Positions 45,769 to 56,694 are shown, counted from the stretch's first letter. The stretch: DNA of 64,000 bases from Desulfobacterales bacterium (GCA_963674755.2 CAXXVS010000001.1:1-64000); one strand, 5' to 3'. Notes: generated by a model from the sequence alone, not told the origin. Made by a program: numbers and translations.

Positions 45769-48678
45769 CTAATCCGGGCGCGCGTCCTTTGGAATTTGAC
45801 GACGAAGGTTTTGCAATGTTTCATCATCCGGATTGTAGCGTAAACCCCACTTGATCACCTCCCGGAGCGCCTGGGCGTCCTCTTGCGTGGCGGCCAAGCG
45901 CAGGCGGATTTCTTCTTGGAAGGCCTCCGGAAAGGCGGGGTGGTAGAATTGCAGCCTCCGGAGGATCGTATACGCCTCCTGGGCACGGCCGTTTTGGGCC
46001 AATTGCGCCGCCAGACGCAGTCCGGCCGGGTAGTAGTACCGGGAATTAAAATCACGGTAGGCGGCCCACAAATAGTGCATCTCGGACTGACGATCCTGCC
46101 GTTCCCGTGCCCGTGCTGCCAGTTGAAAATCCTGATCGCCATTGCGGGTCAATTGGGCCAGTTCGTGCTGCATGCGCTTTGGATCCAACCCGGGCAAAAG
46201 CGACTGCAGCGCAGCATTGCGATCTTTGGCAAAAAAACGCTCGAGTTCGAAGAACAGGTTACGGGCTGGGCCGCTGTAAAGATCCTGGGGGATATGGTGT
46301 TCGAGCCAGACATTGTCGTCCGTGTTGACGCGGGTCGTGCCTTGCAGATAAGCGTCCACCTGACGGCCGGCCCCCATCAGAAAGGCCCCTAAATTGAACG
46401 GCGACAAAATATCCATGGATGCGAAATCGGCGTGCACCCGTGGCGAATCGAGGCGACGTATAAATGTCTCCCAATCCCGGGCAAGGGGCTCCCGGGAGGC
46501 AATCACGACAGCTTCCCCGAAAAAGGTGAAAATTGCGGTATGGGGGAAGACGGAATGTATGGAGTTCAAGATCGTTTTGAAGGAATCCTCCGATATCGCC
46601 ACCAGGGGAATCCACTGGCAGAAAACCCCCCCCGCGTTCAGACGCCGCGCGGCGACACGGTAAAAATCCTGCGAATAGAGATTGGCTGCCCCGGCCACAA
46701 AAGGGTGGATCGGATCGGCGGTAATGACATCATAGCCAAAGGGCTTATAGGTCAGGTGGCTGCGGCCGTCGAGGGTGAAAACGCGTGTCCGGCGGTCTTC
46801 CAACGGCTGGTGATTGATAAAGTCGAAATAGCGGGTGGCGTCGATAACCGCTGATTCGAGTTCGAACACGTCGACCTCTTTGACCTCAGGGTAGAGCAAT
46901 ACCGTGCCGGTGGTAATGCCGGTGCCGTACCCGATCACAGCCACCGTCTCGGGGCGACGCGCAAAAAGCAGGGGCAAATGCGCCAGAAACCGCAGGTGCA
47001 GACGGCCGTGGAATTCAGTCGTTGAAACCCAGTGGCCGGTCAGGTGCAGCGTCAGATTGCCGTCCTTGAATTTATTGGCCACCACGGCCACGCTGTTGTT
47101 GATACCCTCGTTGAACATCAAAAGACGGCCGAGGGACAAATCGGCACGTTTGCGTCCGGCCACCTTCTGGTCCGGCCCCACCATATCGGAGTACAGGCCG
47201 GCATTGAGGATCTGCTGATCGGCCGGTGGTGCGAGCAGCAGGATCAACAGCAGAACGCCCGCCAGGGCTCCGGTCCCTAACCCGCGTTCCCACAACCGCC
47301 TGGAACGGCACTGCAGCAGGAGGAACGCGGCCAACCCGGCCAGCAGCAGCGACATCACGACCAGCGAGGTCTTGACCCCCAGCGTGGGCAGCGCCCAGAA
47401 GCCCGTCATCAGACAGCCGCTCACGGCACCCAGGGTATTGCTGAAATACAGGCGTCCCACCGTATTTTCGGCATTGGCGGGACGGGTTCCGGGCCGTCGT
47501 TCATAGGCGCGGTTGATGACCGGGAAGAGCATGCCCAGCGGGACCGTGGCCGGCAAGATGAGCCAGGCGGACATCAGCGCCTGAACGAATAAGAGGCGCG
47601 GCATCGATCCCTCCGCCCCCAGGAGGCGATAGAGATCACCGTACCAGAGCGGCATGTCATTCAGGGCTATCAGGGGCAGCAGGGCGCCAAGGGCACAGGC
47701 GGCCAGGGTGCCGCCCGCCAGGAGACGGTCGTCCGTTGGGCGCCGAATCAGGAAACAGCCGGCCAGACTACCCCCGCCGATTCCGATCAGATATAGCATC
47801 AGCATGATCGAAAAGGCCTGCACCGAGGGGCCGATGATACGGGCCAGAATGCGGAACCAGACGACTTCCAGACCCAAGGCAGAAAGGCCTGAGAAGCCAA
47901 TGATGACAAGCGGCCATGAAAGAGTTCCCGTCTCCGCCGTAACCCTCGCTTTGGGCCGGGAGTGCTTGGATGTATCGAGGTGATTTGGTGCGGTGGCGCG
48001 ACGAAAGATTGCCAGAACCGTCAGCCCGATCAGCAAATCGATCAGACCGGTCAGAATACAGGTCCACAAGAGCCCCAATTGCGGTACCAGCAGAAAACCT
48101 GCCAGGAGGGTGCCCGTGACGGCGCCCAGGGTATTGATCCCATACAGCCGCCCTGCCAGACGGGCCAACTGGTTTGGGCGTCCGTCGGTCGAAGCGCCGA
48201 CCACCACGGGCAGGGTCATGCCCATGAGCGTTGCCGGCAACAGCATGAGCGCGAAGACGATCGCAAACCGTGCCGCTAAAAAGAAGCCGCTTTCGTAGTT
48301 TAGCTGGGTGTAAACAAGGGATAGCAGCGGCTGGGTGGTGCGAAATAAAGGAATGGAAACGATACCGCAGGCACCGATAATGAGTTGCAAACCGCCGTAA
48401 ACCCGGATGGATGCTCGGGTCCTGCGAAAATAGCGCGCCGCCAGAAGGGCTCCCAGGCCCAATCCCGCCATGAAGGCGGTGACCACAGTGGTTGCCGCGT
48501 AAATATCCACCCCCAGCAGGTAGGAAAGCTCCTTGGACCAGGCGACTTCCAGGGAGAGGCTGGTGGCCCCGGAAACAAAAAAGAAAAGCGTGATCAGCCC
48601 GGTATTTAGCGGCGAAACCTTTTCCGGAAGCGTTTTGCGGGATTTTTCGGATTGGAGTTTGGGGTGTTTGGCAGCCAT
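45769..48678 (-). CDS. Fused multi-TM membrane domain / spermidine-synthase-like SAM-binding protein with helical C-terminus
   Basis: Duplicated membrane repeat (SG..SL.LEV.W; G.LY..NTLGAV.G), then VAVIGYGTGIT, VFELE, DGR and YDVITADP. Confidence 0.85.
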   Translation of the reverse strand: MAAKHPKLQSEKSRKTLPEKVSPLNTGLITLFFFVSGATSLSLEVAWSKELSYLLGVDIYAATTVVTAFMAGLGLGALLAARYFRRTRASIRVYGGLQLIIGACGIVSIPLFRTTQPLLSLVYTQLNYESGFFLAARFAIVFALMLLPATLMGMTLPVVVGASTDGRPNQLARLAGRLYGINTLGAVTGTLLAGFLLVPQLGLLWTCILTGLIDLLIGLTVLAIFRRATAPNHLDTSKHSRPKARVTAETGTLSWPLVIIGFSGLSALGLEVVWFRILARIIGPSVQAFSIMLMLYLIGIGGGSLAGCFLIRRPTDDRLLAGGTLAACALGALLPLIALNDMPLWYGDLYRLLGAEGSMPRLLFVQALMSAWLILPATVPLGMLFPVINRAYERRPGTRPANAENTVGRLYFSNTLGAVSGCLMTGFWALPTLGVKTSLVVMSLLLAGLAAFLLLQCRSRRLWERGLGTGALAGVLLLILLLAPPADQQILNAGLYSDMVGPDQKVAGRKRADLSLGRLLMFNEGINNSVAVVANKFKDGNLTLHLTGHWVSTTEFHGRLHLRFLAHLPLLFARRPETVAVIGYGTGITTGTVLLYPEVKEVDVFELESAVIDATRYFDFINHQPLEDRRTRVFTLDGRSHLTYKPFGYDVITADPIHPFVAGAANLYSQDFYRVAARRLNAGGVFCQWIPLVAISEDSFKTILNSIHSVFPHTAIFTFFGEAVVIASREPLARDWETFIRRLDSPRVHADFASMDILSPFNLGAFLMGAGRQVDAYLQGTTRVNTDDNVWLEHHIPQDLYSGPARNLFFELERFFAKDRNAALQSLLPGLDPKRMQHELAQLTRNGDQDFQLAARARERQDRQSEMHYLWAAYRDFNSRYYYPAGLRLAAQLAQNGRAQEAYTILRRLQFYHPAFPEAFQEEIRLRLAATQEDAQALREVIKWGLRYNPDDETLQNLRRQIPKDARPD

Positions 48679-48779
48679 TGCGCTTTAGACCCTGTAATTC
48701 GGCTTGCGCGGCAGGCGGTCCCGTCGACAAGGATCGAAATCGCCTGATCGTAGGATACATAGTGTGTATAGCAGAAGAA

Positions 48780-48806
48780 AACCCGGGCGAGTAGCTCGCC
48801 CGGGTT
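48780..48806 (-). terminator. Rho-independent terminator of the porin gene
   Basis: AACCCGGGCGAG-loop-CTCGCCCGGGTT hairpin followed by TTCTTC on the minus strand. Two further hairpins at about 48810-48828 and 48843-48873. Confidence 0.7.
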
Positions 48807-48918
48807 GCAGCAGAGACCCTGCTCTGCAAGACTGCTTTCAGGTCATGCCGGAAAGCCGTGCCCTCCGGCATGATACCCGATCTTCAGGAATGTGGTATTC
48901 CTTTTTCTGCGTTGCGCC

Positions 48919-50388
48919 TTAGAAGCTCAGGCTCAGCTGGGCACCGAACTCGTAAGGATTCTCATTGTTGGTGCCATCGGTGGAGACGGCATCGCCGGCC
49001 CACAGGTAGGCGCCCACCAGATCCAGGTTCAGGCCTTCCACCACCTGATAGGTGACCCTGACATCCAGTTCGGTTCCGAGTTTGCTGGCAGATTTAAAAC
49101 CCGTGGGAGAGAGCGCATTGATGTAGAGCATATCGCTCTCACGCTCGGCATACCACAGGTCGGCACCGATTTTGAGTTTGTCCATGGGGTTGAAGCTTGC
49201 GCCGATGTTGGCGGCCCAGATGTTGTAGATCTTGTCGGCGGGGGAGCCGTTACAGGTGTAATAGTCGAAGATACCGTAGCCCAGGATTTCCGCCCAGTAG
49301 TAGGAGCCCAAGGGCGCCACGACGTTTTCGACATCACTGTCTTTAAGGAGAGGATTGGGTTGGTTCAGGTCATCGTCGCCCGGGCTGTAGAAGAACTGGC
49401 CATGCAGGTCGACCGGCCCCAGCATGACATTACCGCCGATGGCGGCCAGCCAGGCTTTGACGTCGACATCCTGACCCGAGGTTTCCAGCGTGCCGTCCTG
49501 GCCAAAGGCTGTCAACCAGAGACCGAAGGTGTCGTAGTCCATATCGAAATCGAAACCGTAGGTAACCATGTTCAGGCTGCCATACGTACCAGTAACCGAC
49601 GCCGGAGCGGTCACGGTGTCGAATGTACCGATGACAGCTTCGTTACCGGCAAGAGCGGTTCCATAGACAGCATCGACTTGGCCGCTGGTGCTCCAGGAGA
49701 CGGATGGTTTGAGGGAGATGTTCTCGTTGAAATAAATCCAGCCGGAAAGCGTCCAGGCATCCACGTCGGAGTTGTTGCCACCGTCTTCGCCGCCCTCATA
49801 GACTTTCAGCCAGGAGGCTGCCAGGCCGGCACCTTCCGTGATCGGCCAGCGGACGATAACACCGGCGTCGTCATCGGAGATGTAGAAGTCGCGGAACAGG
49901 CTGTAGGGCTGGACACCCACCGTCCAGTTGAGCGGCCCGGTGTTGAAGTCCGCATAGGAGTTCTTGATTTCGATGTTGGCGCCGTCAGCACCGGTTTCAC
50001 CGTAGCTGCGGTTGTTGCCGCTGGTGACGATCGCTTGGGGTGCGGTAAAGCCTATCGTGGCACCACCGGCATCATAGACGGGCACGCTGCCGACAACAGC
50101 CGCGCTGCGGCCGTTGCGGGACCAACCGGTACCGCTGCCCCAGGTGGCATCCATTTCGAACTTGTTGACGAGCTTGAGGTTGTCGTTGATCTTGGCGGTG
50201 TAGTAGAGGCGGGTACGGGTATCCACCAGGCGGTAGTTGCCCAGATCGTCTTTTTCGCCGTTGAAGTGGCCCATCTGATAGAAACGGGTCCGCCAGTAGC
50301 CGCCGAATTCGTTTTCCAGCGCGGCGGCCGGGACGGTAAAGGCCGCCACGAGCAGGACGGCCAATGCAAGAATCGCAAACTTTTTCAT
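48919..50388 (-). CDS. Outer-membrane beta-barrel porin (deltaproteobacterial major porin-like)
   Basis: Signal peptide MKKFAIL...PAAA, alternating aromatic beta strands, C-terminal ...GAQLSLSF, strong RBS AAGGAGG and strongly biased codons. Confidence 0.85.
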   Translation of the reverse strand: MKKFAILALAVLLVAAFTVPAAALENEFGGYWRTRFYQMGHFNGEKDDLGNYRLVDTRTRLYYTAKINDNLKLVNKFEMDATWGSGTGWSRNGRSAAVVGSVPVYDAGGATIGFTAPQAIVTSGNNRSYGETGADGANIEIKNSYADFNTGPLNWTVGVQPYSLFRDFYISDDDAGVIVRWPITEGAGLAASWLKVYEGGEDGGNNSDVDAWTLSGWIYFNENISLKPSVSWSTSGQVDAVYGTALAGNEAVIGTFDTVTAPASVTGTYGSLNMVTYGFDFDMDYDTFGLWLTAFGQDGTLETSGQDVDVKAWLAAIGGNVMLGPVDLHGQFFYSPGDDDLNQPNPLLKDSDVENVVAPLGSYYWAEILGYGIFDYYTCNGSPADKIYNIWAANIGASFNPMDKLKIGADLWYAERESDMLYINALSPTGFKSASKLGTELDVRVTYQVVEGLNLDLVGAYLWAGDAVSTDGTNNENPYEFGAQLSLSF

Positions 50389-50563
50389 TCGTTTTCCTCC
50401 TTAACGGATTGCCGGCGGTAACCAGCCGCCGACCAAATAACCTAACCTTAACCTAAAAACCTAACCTTGAACTTGCGTAAGCTAATCTTCAGACTGGCGT
50501 TTTTCCGTTCACCTCCCTTCCGCCGTGGACTGGTTCCGCGCGCAGAAACAGCGAAACGCTTTG

Positions 50564-50592
50564 TTTGTATCAACCAAATCCCGGCAAGTCAA
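50564..50592 (-). promoter_or_regulatory. Candidate sigma70 promoter for the porin
   Basis: Minus strand TTGACT-17 bp-TACAAA with an extended TG. Implies a ~170 nt 5' leader. Confidence 0.5.
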
Positions 50593-50694
50593 GGGTCAGC
50601 GCCATTTTAAAGGCGGATTGCGCGCAGGGCTGTCGAGGGGCAACCCATGAATGGCAGGGGGGCCCCGGAGGCTTGCGGCCTGGTTCAAAAGGGG

Positions 50695-50723
50695 TTGGAT
50701 TGCGGCCCCGCCGGTGGTATAAG
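50695..50723 (+). promoter_or_regulatory. Candidate sigma70 promoter for the FG-GAP gene
   Basis: TTGGAT-17 bp-TATAAG with an extended TG. Confidence 0.45.
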
Positions 50724-50860
50724 ACCCGCACAAGACATCAGACCGGGGCTGGCCCACGCCCTTTGCCGATAGCGATACGGATTTTAATCTGCGTCCGAAA
50801 AGCAGCATCGAGGGAATCGGCCGCCCGACGCATTATGACTGAAATGTCAGGAGACACTAC

Positions 50861-52561
50861 ATGATCGCAAGCCGTAACCGTTTATTAAACTGTTTGTTGC
50901 TGATAGCGCTGACGCTGGCCATGGCCCACCAGGTCCGGGCTGAAACCACCAAAGTCCTGATCGTGCCCTTCAGCATCCATTCGGACAAGGATCTGACCTT
51001 TTTGCGTAAAGGGATCACGGCCATGCTGTCCTCCCGCCTGACCGACCTGGGCAAAGTCGTGGTGATCGACGAGGCCTCGGTGGCGGAAATCATCAAAGGC
51101 CTGCCGACGCCCCTTACCCGGGAGGCCGCCGCGGAGGCCGGCCGCAAGGCCGGGGCCGACTATGTGGCCTTCGGCAGCCTGACGGTCTTCGGCAACAGCA
51201 TCAGCACGGACGCCCGCTTTCTGGAAGCCTCCACCGCCAGCCTGCTGGTGACCTTCAACGAGACAGGCCAGAACCAGGGCGACGTGATCGGCCAGATCAA
51301 CCATTTCGCCGAGGAGGTCAATACCCGCATTTTCGGACGTTCAAGCACGGCAACGGTTTCCGCAGCACCTTCACCTGCTCCTGCACCCGCGGCAACGGAT
51401 CCGGATCAGGCCAATCCCGAGAAGAAGATTTGGTCCGGTGGCGGTGGCATGCAGATTCGCGCCAGCAACCCGGATACTGCTGAAGCCGACGCCAGGCTCT
51501 GGCGCAGCCGCCGGTTTGCCATGAATATCGAGGGAGTGGCCATGGGGGATGTGGACGGCGACGGGGATGTCGAGATCGTCTTCGCCAGTGACAACCAGAT
51601 CGCGGTCTATCGTTACAAGGACGAAGGTTTTCTCAAGGTGGCGGAAATCGAACCGATGGCGCGCCTGGTCTGCCTGGGGGTGGACGTGGCGGATATCAAC
51701 GGCAACGGCCGGGCGGAGATTTTCATGACCGCCCGCTCGGATAATTATTTCCCCCACAGTTATGTGCTGGAATGGGACGGCGCCGCCTTTCAGACCATTT
51801 ACGATGCCCCTAACTGGTATTTCCGGGTGCTGTGGGACCCGCACAGCAAACGCCAAACCCTTTACGGCCAAAAGGGGAGCGCCCGGGAAGTCGTGGCCGG
51901 ACCGGTCTGGTCCATGGCATGGATCAACGGAGCCTACGAACCCCAGAACCACATTATCCTGCCCAAAGAGGCCAGCGTGTTCGGTTTTACCTGTGGCGAT
52001 CTGACCGGGGACGGTACGGCGGACACGATGGCCTTTGTTAAAAACAACCTCTTGCAGCTCTCCCTGATCGGGGGGCGGGAGGAGTGGACGAGTGCCGATA
52101 GTTACGGCGGCAAGTACACCTGGCTCATATCGCCGGACGAATTCAAGGAGGGCCAGCGGATGAGCCAAAACAGGGTCGATCCGCTGCCCGAACAGGTTTT
52201 TTACGTGCCCCAGCGGATTTTGCTGACGGATTTCGACCGGGACGGCCGCAATGAAGTGTTGGTGGTCACGAATGAGGATAGCACCGGAGGACTGATGTCC
52301 CGGATGCGCTCCTACCGCGAGGGCCGTTTCGAAAACCTGGCCTGGGACAACGTGGGGATGCGCACGGTGTGGCGGACCCGGAACTTTTCCGGCTACATCA
52401 GCGACTACAATATCGGTGATTTCAACAACGACGGCACGGAAGAGGTCGTGTTCGCCGTGGTGAAGAAATTCGGTGACCCGGCGACCGGCGAGTCCAAGAG
52501 CTATCTCGTCTCCTGGAATCCTTACCTGCAGAACGATCCCAACAAAGCCAAAGATGAGTGA
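50861..52561 (+). CDS. Exported FG-GAP/VCBS-repeat protein with N-terminal TolB-N/CsgG-like domain
   Basis: Signal peptide, and repeated GDVDGDGDVEI, ADINGNGRAEI, GDLTGDG, DFDRDGRNEV and GDFNNDGTEEV motifs. Confidence 0.85.
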   Translation: MIASRNRLLNCLLLIALTLAMAHQVRAETTKVLIVPFSIHSDKDLTFLRKGITAMLSSRLTDLGKVVVIDEASVAEIIKGLPTPLTREAAAEAGRKAGADYVAFGSLTVFGNSISTDARFLEASTASLLVTFNETGQNQGDVIGQINHFAEEVNTRIFGRSSTATVSAAPSPAPAPAATDPDQANPEKKIWSGGGGMQIRASNPDTAEADARLWRSRRFAMNIEGVAMGDVDGDGDVEIVFASDNQIAVYRYKDEGFLKVAEIEPMARLVCLGVDVADINGNGRAEIFMTARSDNYFPHSYVLEWDGAAFQTIYDAPNWYFRVLWDPHSKRQTLYGQKGSAREVVAGPVWSMAWINGAYEPQNHIILPKEASVFGFTCGDLTGDGTADTMAFVKNNLLQLSLIGGREEWTSADSYGGKYTWLISPDEFKEGQRMSQNRVDPLPEQVFYVPQRILLTDFDRDGRNEVLVVTNEDSTGGLMSRMRSYREGRFENLAWDNVGMRTVWRTRNFSGYISDYNIGDFNNDGTEEVVFAVVKKFGDPATGESKSYLVSWNPYLQNDPNKAKDE

Positions 52562-52593
52562 CAGGCTGACATGATATCGGCTTGCTCCTGACG

Positions 52594-52631
52594 CGCCCCG
52601 CCCGGCCTACATCCGGGCGGGGCGTTTTTTT
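52594..52631 (+). terminator. Rho-independent terminator
   Basis: CGCCCCGCCCGG-loop-CCGGGCGGGGCG followed by a T7 tract. Confidence 0.85.
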
Positions 52632-52661
52632 GGCCAAGGGCGCTGTTCGGCATGGGGGTGA

Positions 52662-54443
52662 TCAGGTCTGCCGGCCGAAGGCTTTCTCAAGCGCTCCCTC
52701 GGTCCATTGGATCCAGGTGGGACGTCCGTGGGGGCAGTGGGAAGGATTCTGGCATTCGTCCATCTGCTGCAGAAGCCGGCGGATCTGACGCGGATCCAAG
52801 GCCTGACGGGCCCGGATGGCCCCGTGGCAGGCCATGACTTTCACACTCTCATCCAGAATGGTTTCCGGTGCGGCCTGGCCGCCGCCAGCGAGCGCCTTTT
52901 CCAGAATTTCGCGGATGACCGGGCCGACCTCGCCGTTGATCAGCATGGCCGGGACGGCCTTCACGGCAAAGGTGGTGCCGCCAAAAGGCTCGATTTCGAA
53001 TCCCAAGGGGACCAGGGCCGCCCGCAATGCCTCCAGCAGGGTCGCCTCCCGGTGGCTCAGCTCGATCGTCTCCGGGATCAGAAGCCTTTGGGTGGCGGCG
53101 TTGGCCGTTGCCGTGCGCCGATGGAGCTGCTCGTAGAAGACCCGCTCGTGGGCGGCATGCTGGTCGATGAGCACCAGCCCCTCCTCGGATTCGCAGAGAA
53201 TATAGGTGCGGCGGAACTGGCCGATGACGTTCAGCCGGGCAAAGCGCCCTTGCCGCCAGAGTCCGGTCTGATCGCCTCCCGTCCTGTCGGTCCTCTGGGG
53301 AGGGCTGGCCGATGCGTCCCCCATCGGCCGGCCGGGTCGGATCGGTGGTGTCACGCCTGGCTGCGGCTGGAACCTGGGGCGGTTTTCGGCAATGGCCGTT
53401 TCCCCGGAAGGTGCGAAGGGACGCCGGGCGCTCCCCCCGGGCCGCTGCTGGCGGTCGGCCTGGTCCAGGGCCGCCGCCACGGCGCCGGCCACCAGTCCAT
53501 GAATTTCCCGTGACCGGACAAACCGCACTTCATGTTTGGTGGGATGCACATTGACATCCACCTGGTCGGCGGGCAACGCCAGACAGCATACCACCACCGG
53601 AAACTGCCCCTTCATGAGCCGCTGGCGGTAGCCCTGCATCACGGCGTGCAGCAGGGTGCGGTCCTTGACGGCGCGCCCGTTGACAAATAGATGCACCCCG
53701 CGGGAGGTGCTGCGGTTCACCCGGGGGGCGGCCGCCCAGCCATGGACCCGGGCCACCTCGTTTTCCAACTCAAGGGCATGAAGATCCGGCTGCAGAGCGC
53801 GCCCCAGCACATCGGCCACCCGGTCGATGCTGTCGGCGACGGCCGGCCAGCGGCGGATGGTCTTTCCGTTGTGAACCAGGTTGAAGTCGATTTCCGGATG
53901 GCCCAGGGCCTGGCTGGCCAGGCCGTCGCCGATGTGTCCCATCTCGGTGCTGACGGTTTTGAGAAATTTACGGCGGGCCGGGGTGTTGAAGAAGAGATCC
54001 TGAACCGTCACCAGAGTGCCGGGCGGGGCGCCGGCTTCGCCGACCTTGAGGATCCGGCCGCCTTCCACCCGGATGGCGGTGGCGGCCGCCTGTTCGGCCG
54101 TGCGGGATACCAGGGTCAGCCGGGAGACCGCGGCAATGCTGGGCAGGGCCTCACCGCGAAAGCCCAGGCTGCGGATGGCGAACAGGTCTTCATCCGTGGC
54201 GATCTTGCTGGTGGCGAAGCGCTCCAGGGCCAGCAGGGCGTCGTCGCGATCCATGCCGAGGCCGTCGTCCGCCACCCGGATCAGCCGTCGTCCACCGGCC
54301 TCGACCTCCACCACGATCCGGTGGCCGCGGGCGTCAATGGCGTTTTCCACCAATTCCTTCACCACCGAGGCCGGGCGTTCCACCACCTCCCCGGCGGCAA
54401 TCTTGTTGGAAAGGATATCTGGAAGAATACGAATGCGGGGCAT
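52662..54443 (-). CDS. mutL: DNA mismatch repair protein MutL
   Basis: IAAGEVVERPASVVKELVEN, GFRGEAL, DVNVHPTK and the endonuclease motifs DQHAAHER, ACH and CPHGRP. Confidence 0.97.
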   Translation of the reverse strand: MPRIRILPDILSNKIAAGEVVERPASVVKELVENAIDARGHRIVVEVEAGGRRLIRVADDGLGMDRDDALLALERFATSKIATDEDLFAIRSLGFRGEALPSIAAVSRLTLVSRTAEQAAATAIRVEGGRILKVGEAGAPPGTLVTVQDLFFNTPARRKFLKTVSTEMGHIGDGLASQALGHPEIDFNLVHNGKTIRRWPAVADSIDRVADVLGRALQPDLHALELENEVARVHGWAAAPRVNRSTSRGVHLFVNGRAVKDRTLLHAVMQGYRQRLMKGQFPVVVCCLALPADQVDVNVHPTKHEVRFVRSREIHGLVAGAVAAALDQADRQQRPGGSARRPFAPSGETAIAENRPRFQPQPGVTPPIRPGRPMGDASASPPQRTDRTGGDQTGLWRQGRFARLNVIGQFRRTYILCESEEGLVLIDQHAAHERVFYEQLHRRTATANAATQRLLIPETIELSHREATLLEALRAALVPLGFEIEPFGGTTFAVKAVPAMLINGEVGPVIREILEKALAGGGQAAPETILDESVKVMACHGAIRARQALDPRQIRRLLQQMDECQNPSHCPHGRPTWIQWTEGALEKAFGRQT

Positions 54444-54461
54444 AAAAAAAGACCAGTCAGG

Positions 54462-54607
54462 GACGGATTCGCAAAACGTTCGAGATCAAGGCGCGCAAAT
54501 CCCGGGGAATACCGCTAACGCGCGGCCCGGAGGGCGCCTACACCAGGTACGCCGCAGTAGCGAGGGGTGCCGCGCAACGCCGATATCGGGCGTTTTGCGG
54601 GTTTATC
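54462..54607. repeat. Palindromic intergenic repeat, copy C (MITE/REP-like)
   Basis: Imperfect ~26-bp terminal inverted repeats (GACGGATTCGCAAAACGTTCGAGATC / GATATCGGGCGTTTTGCGGGTTTATC) around an inner hairpin. The reverse strand has the GGCGTT...CCTCG...GCCTTG blocks of copies A and B. Confidence 0.7.
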
Positions 54608-54785
54608 AAAGTTCCTCTTTGACGAACTTGGAGAGAAATTCCACCTCCTGGGGTGAGAGGTTGAATTTGACGGCTGCCTGCTCCACCAATCGGCTGTCGT
54701 TCGCGCTGCTTCCGCTCTGGCGCTCTTCGGAAATCCACTTGACCGCCTTGCGGATCGCTTCGCCCTGGGGCTGGACCGTGCTCAT
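54606..54785 (-). CDS. Small hypothetical protein (59 aa, below the ORF-track cut-off)
   Basis: MSTVQPQGEAIRKAVKWISEERQSGSSANDSRLVEQAAVKFNLSPQEVEFLSKFVKEEL. RBS AAGGAG, typical codon usage, directly after gatA. Confidence 0.8.
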   Translation of the reverse strand: MSTVQPQGEAIRKAVKWISEERQSGSSANDSRLVEQAAVKFNLSPQEVEFLSKFVKEEL

Positions 54786-54797
54786 GGGCTTCTCCTT

Positions 54798-56258
<1,461 letters not shown>

Positions 56259-56358
56259 GCATTGGCTTCCTATCGCTGTGGACCGTGGAGCGTGCCCCCT
56301 CCGGCGGCCAGTGCGTTTCTTGTAAAACCCGTTTCAGGAAACTTTTCCGGCGGCGCGG

Positions 56359-56646
56359 TCACCCGATAACCCGGGGCACAAGGAAGGTTTCCTCGTCCCG
56401 TTCCGGTGCGTTGGCCAGAGCGGCCTCCCGGTCCAGGTGGGGGCGCCGTTCGTCCTGCCGCAAAGGCGTGGTCAGGGAGACGGCATGGGCCGTGGGGGCA
56501 ATCCCTTCGGTGTCGACCCGATTGAGGGTTTCCATATAGTTCAGAATGCCATCTAATTGTTGCGCCATCGTGTCGAGCACGTCGTCCGGCAGGTCCAAAC
56601 GGGCCAGGCCGGCCACGTGGCGTACTTCTTCTCGGGTAATACTCAT
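56359..56646 (-). CDS. gatC: Asp/Glu-tRNA amidotransferase subunit C
   Basis: ITREEVRHVAGLARL...LNRVDTEG...ALANAP...FLVPRVI. Confidence 0.95.
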   Translation of the reverse strand: MSITREEVRHVAGLARLDLPDDVLDTMAQQLDGILNYMETLNRVDTEGIAPTAHAVSLTTPLRQDERRPHLDREAALANAPERDEETFLVPRVIG

Positions 56647-56694
56647 GATAACAGGTCCCTGGTTGTATCGATGTTGTCGGGTTGGCCCGCTACT

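Noticed and set aside
50438..50470. AACCT repeats as a CRISPR array or telomere-like sequence
   Set aside because: Only five 5-bp units with 0-3 bp spacing, no spacers and no cas genes. Kept only as a leader motif.
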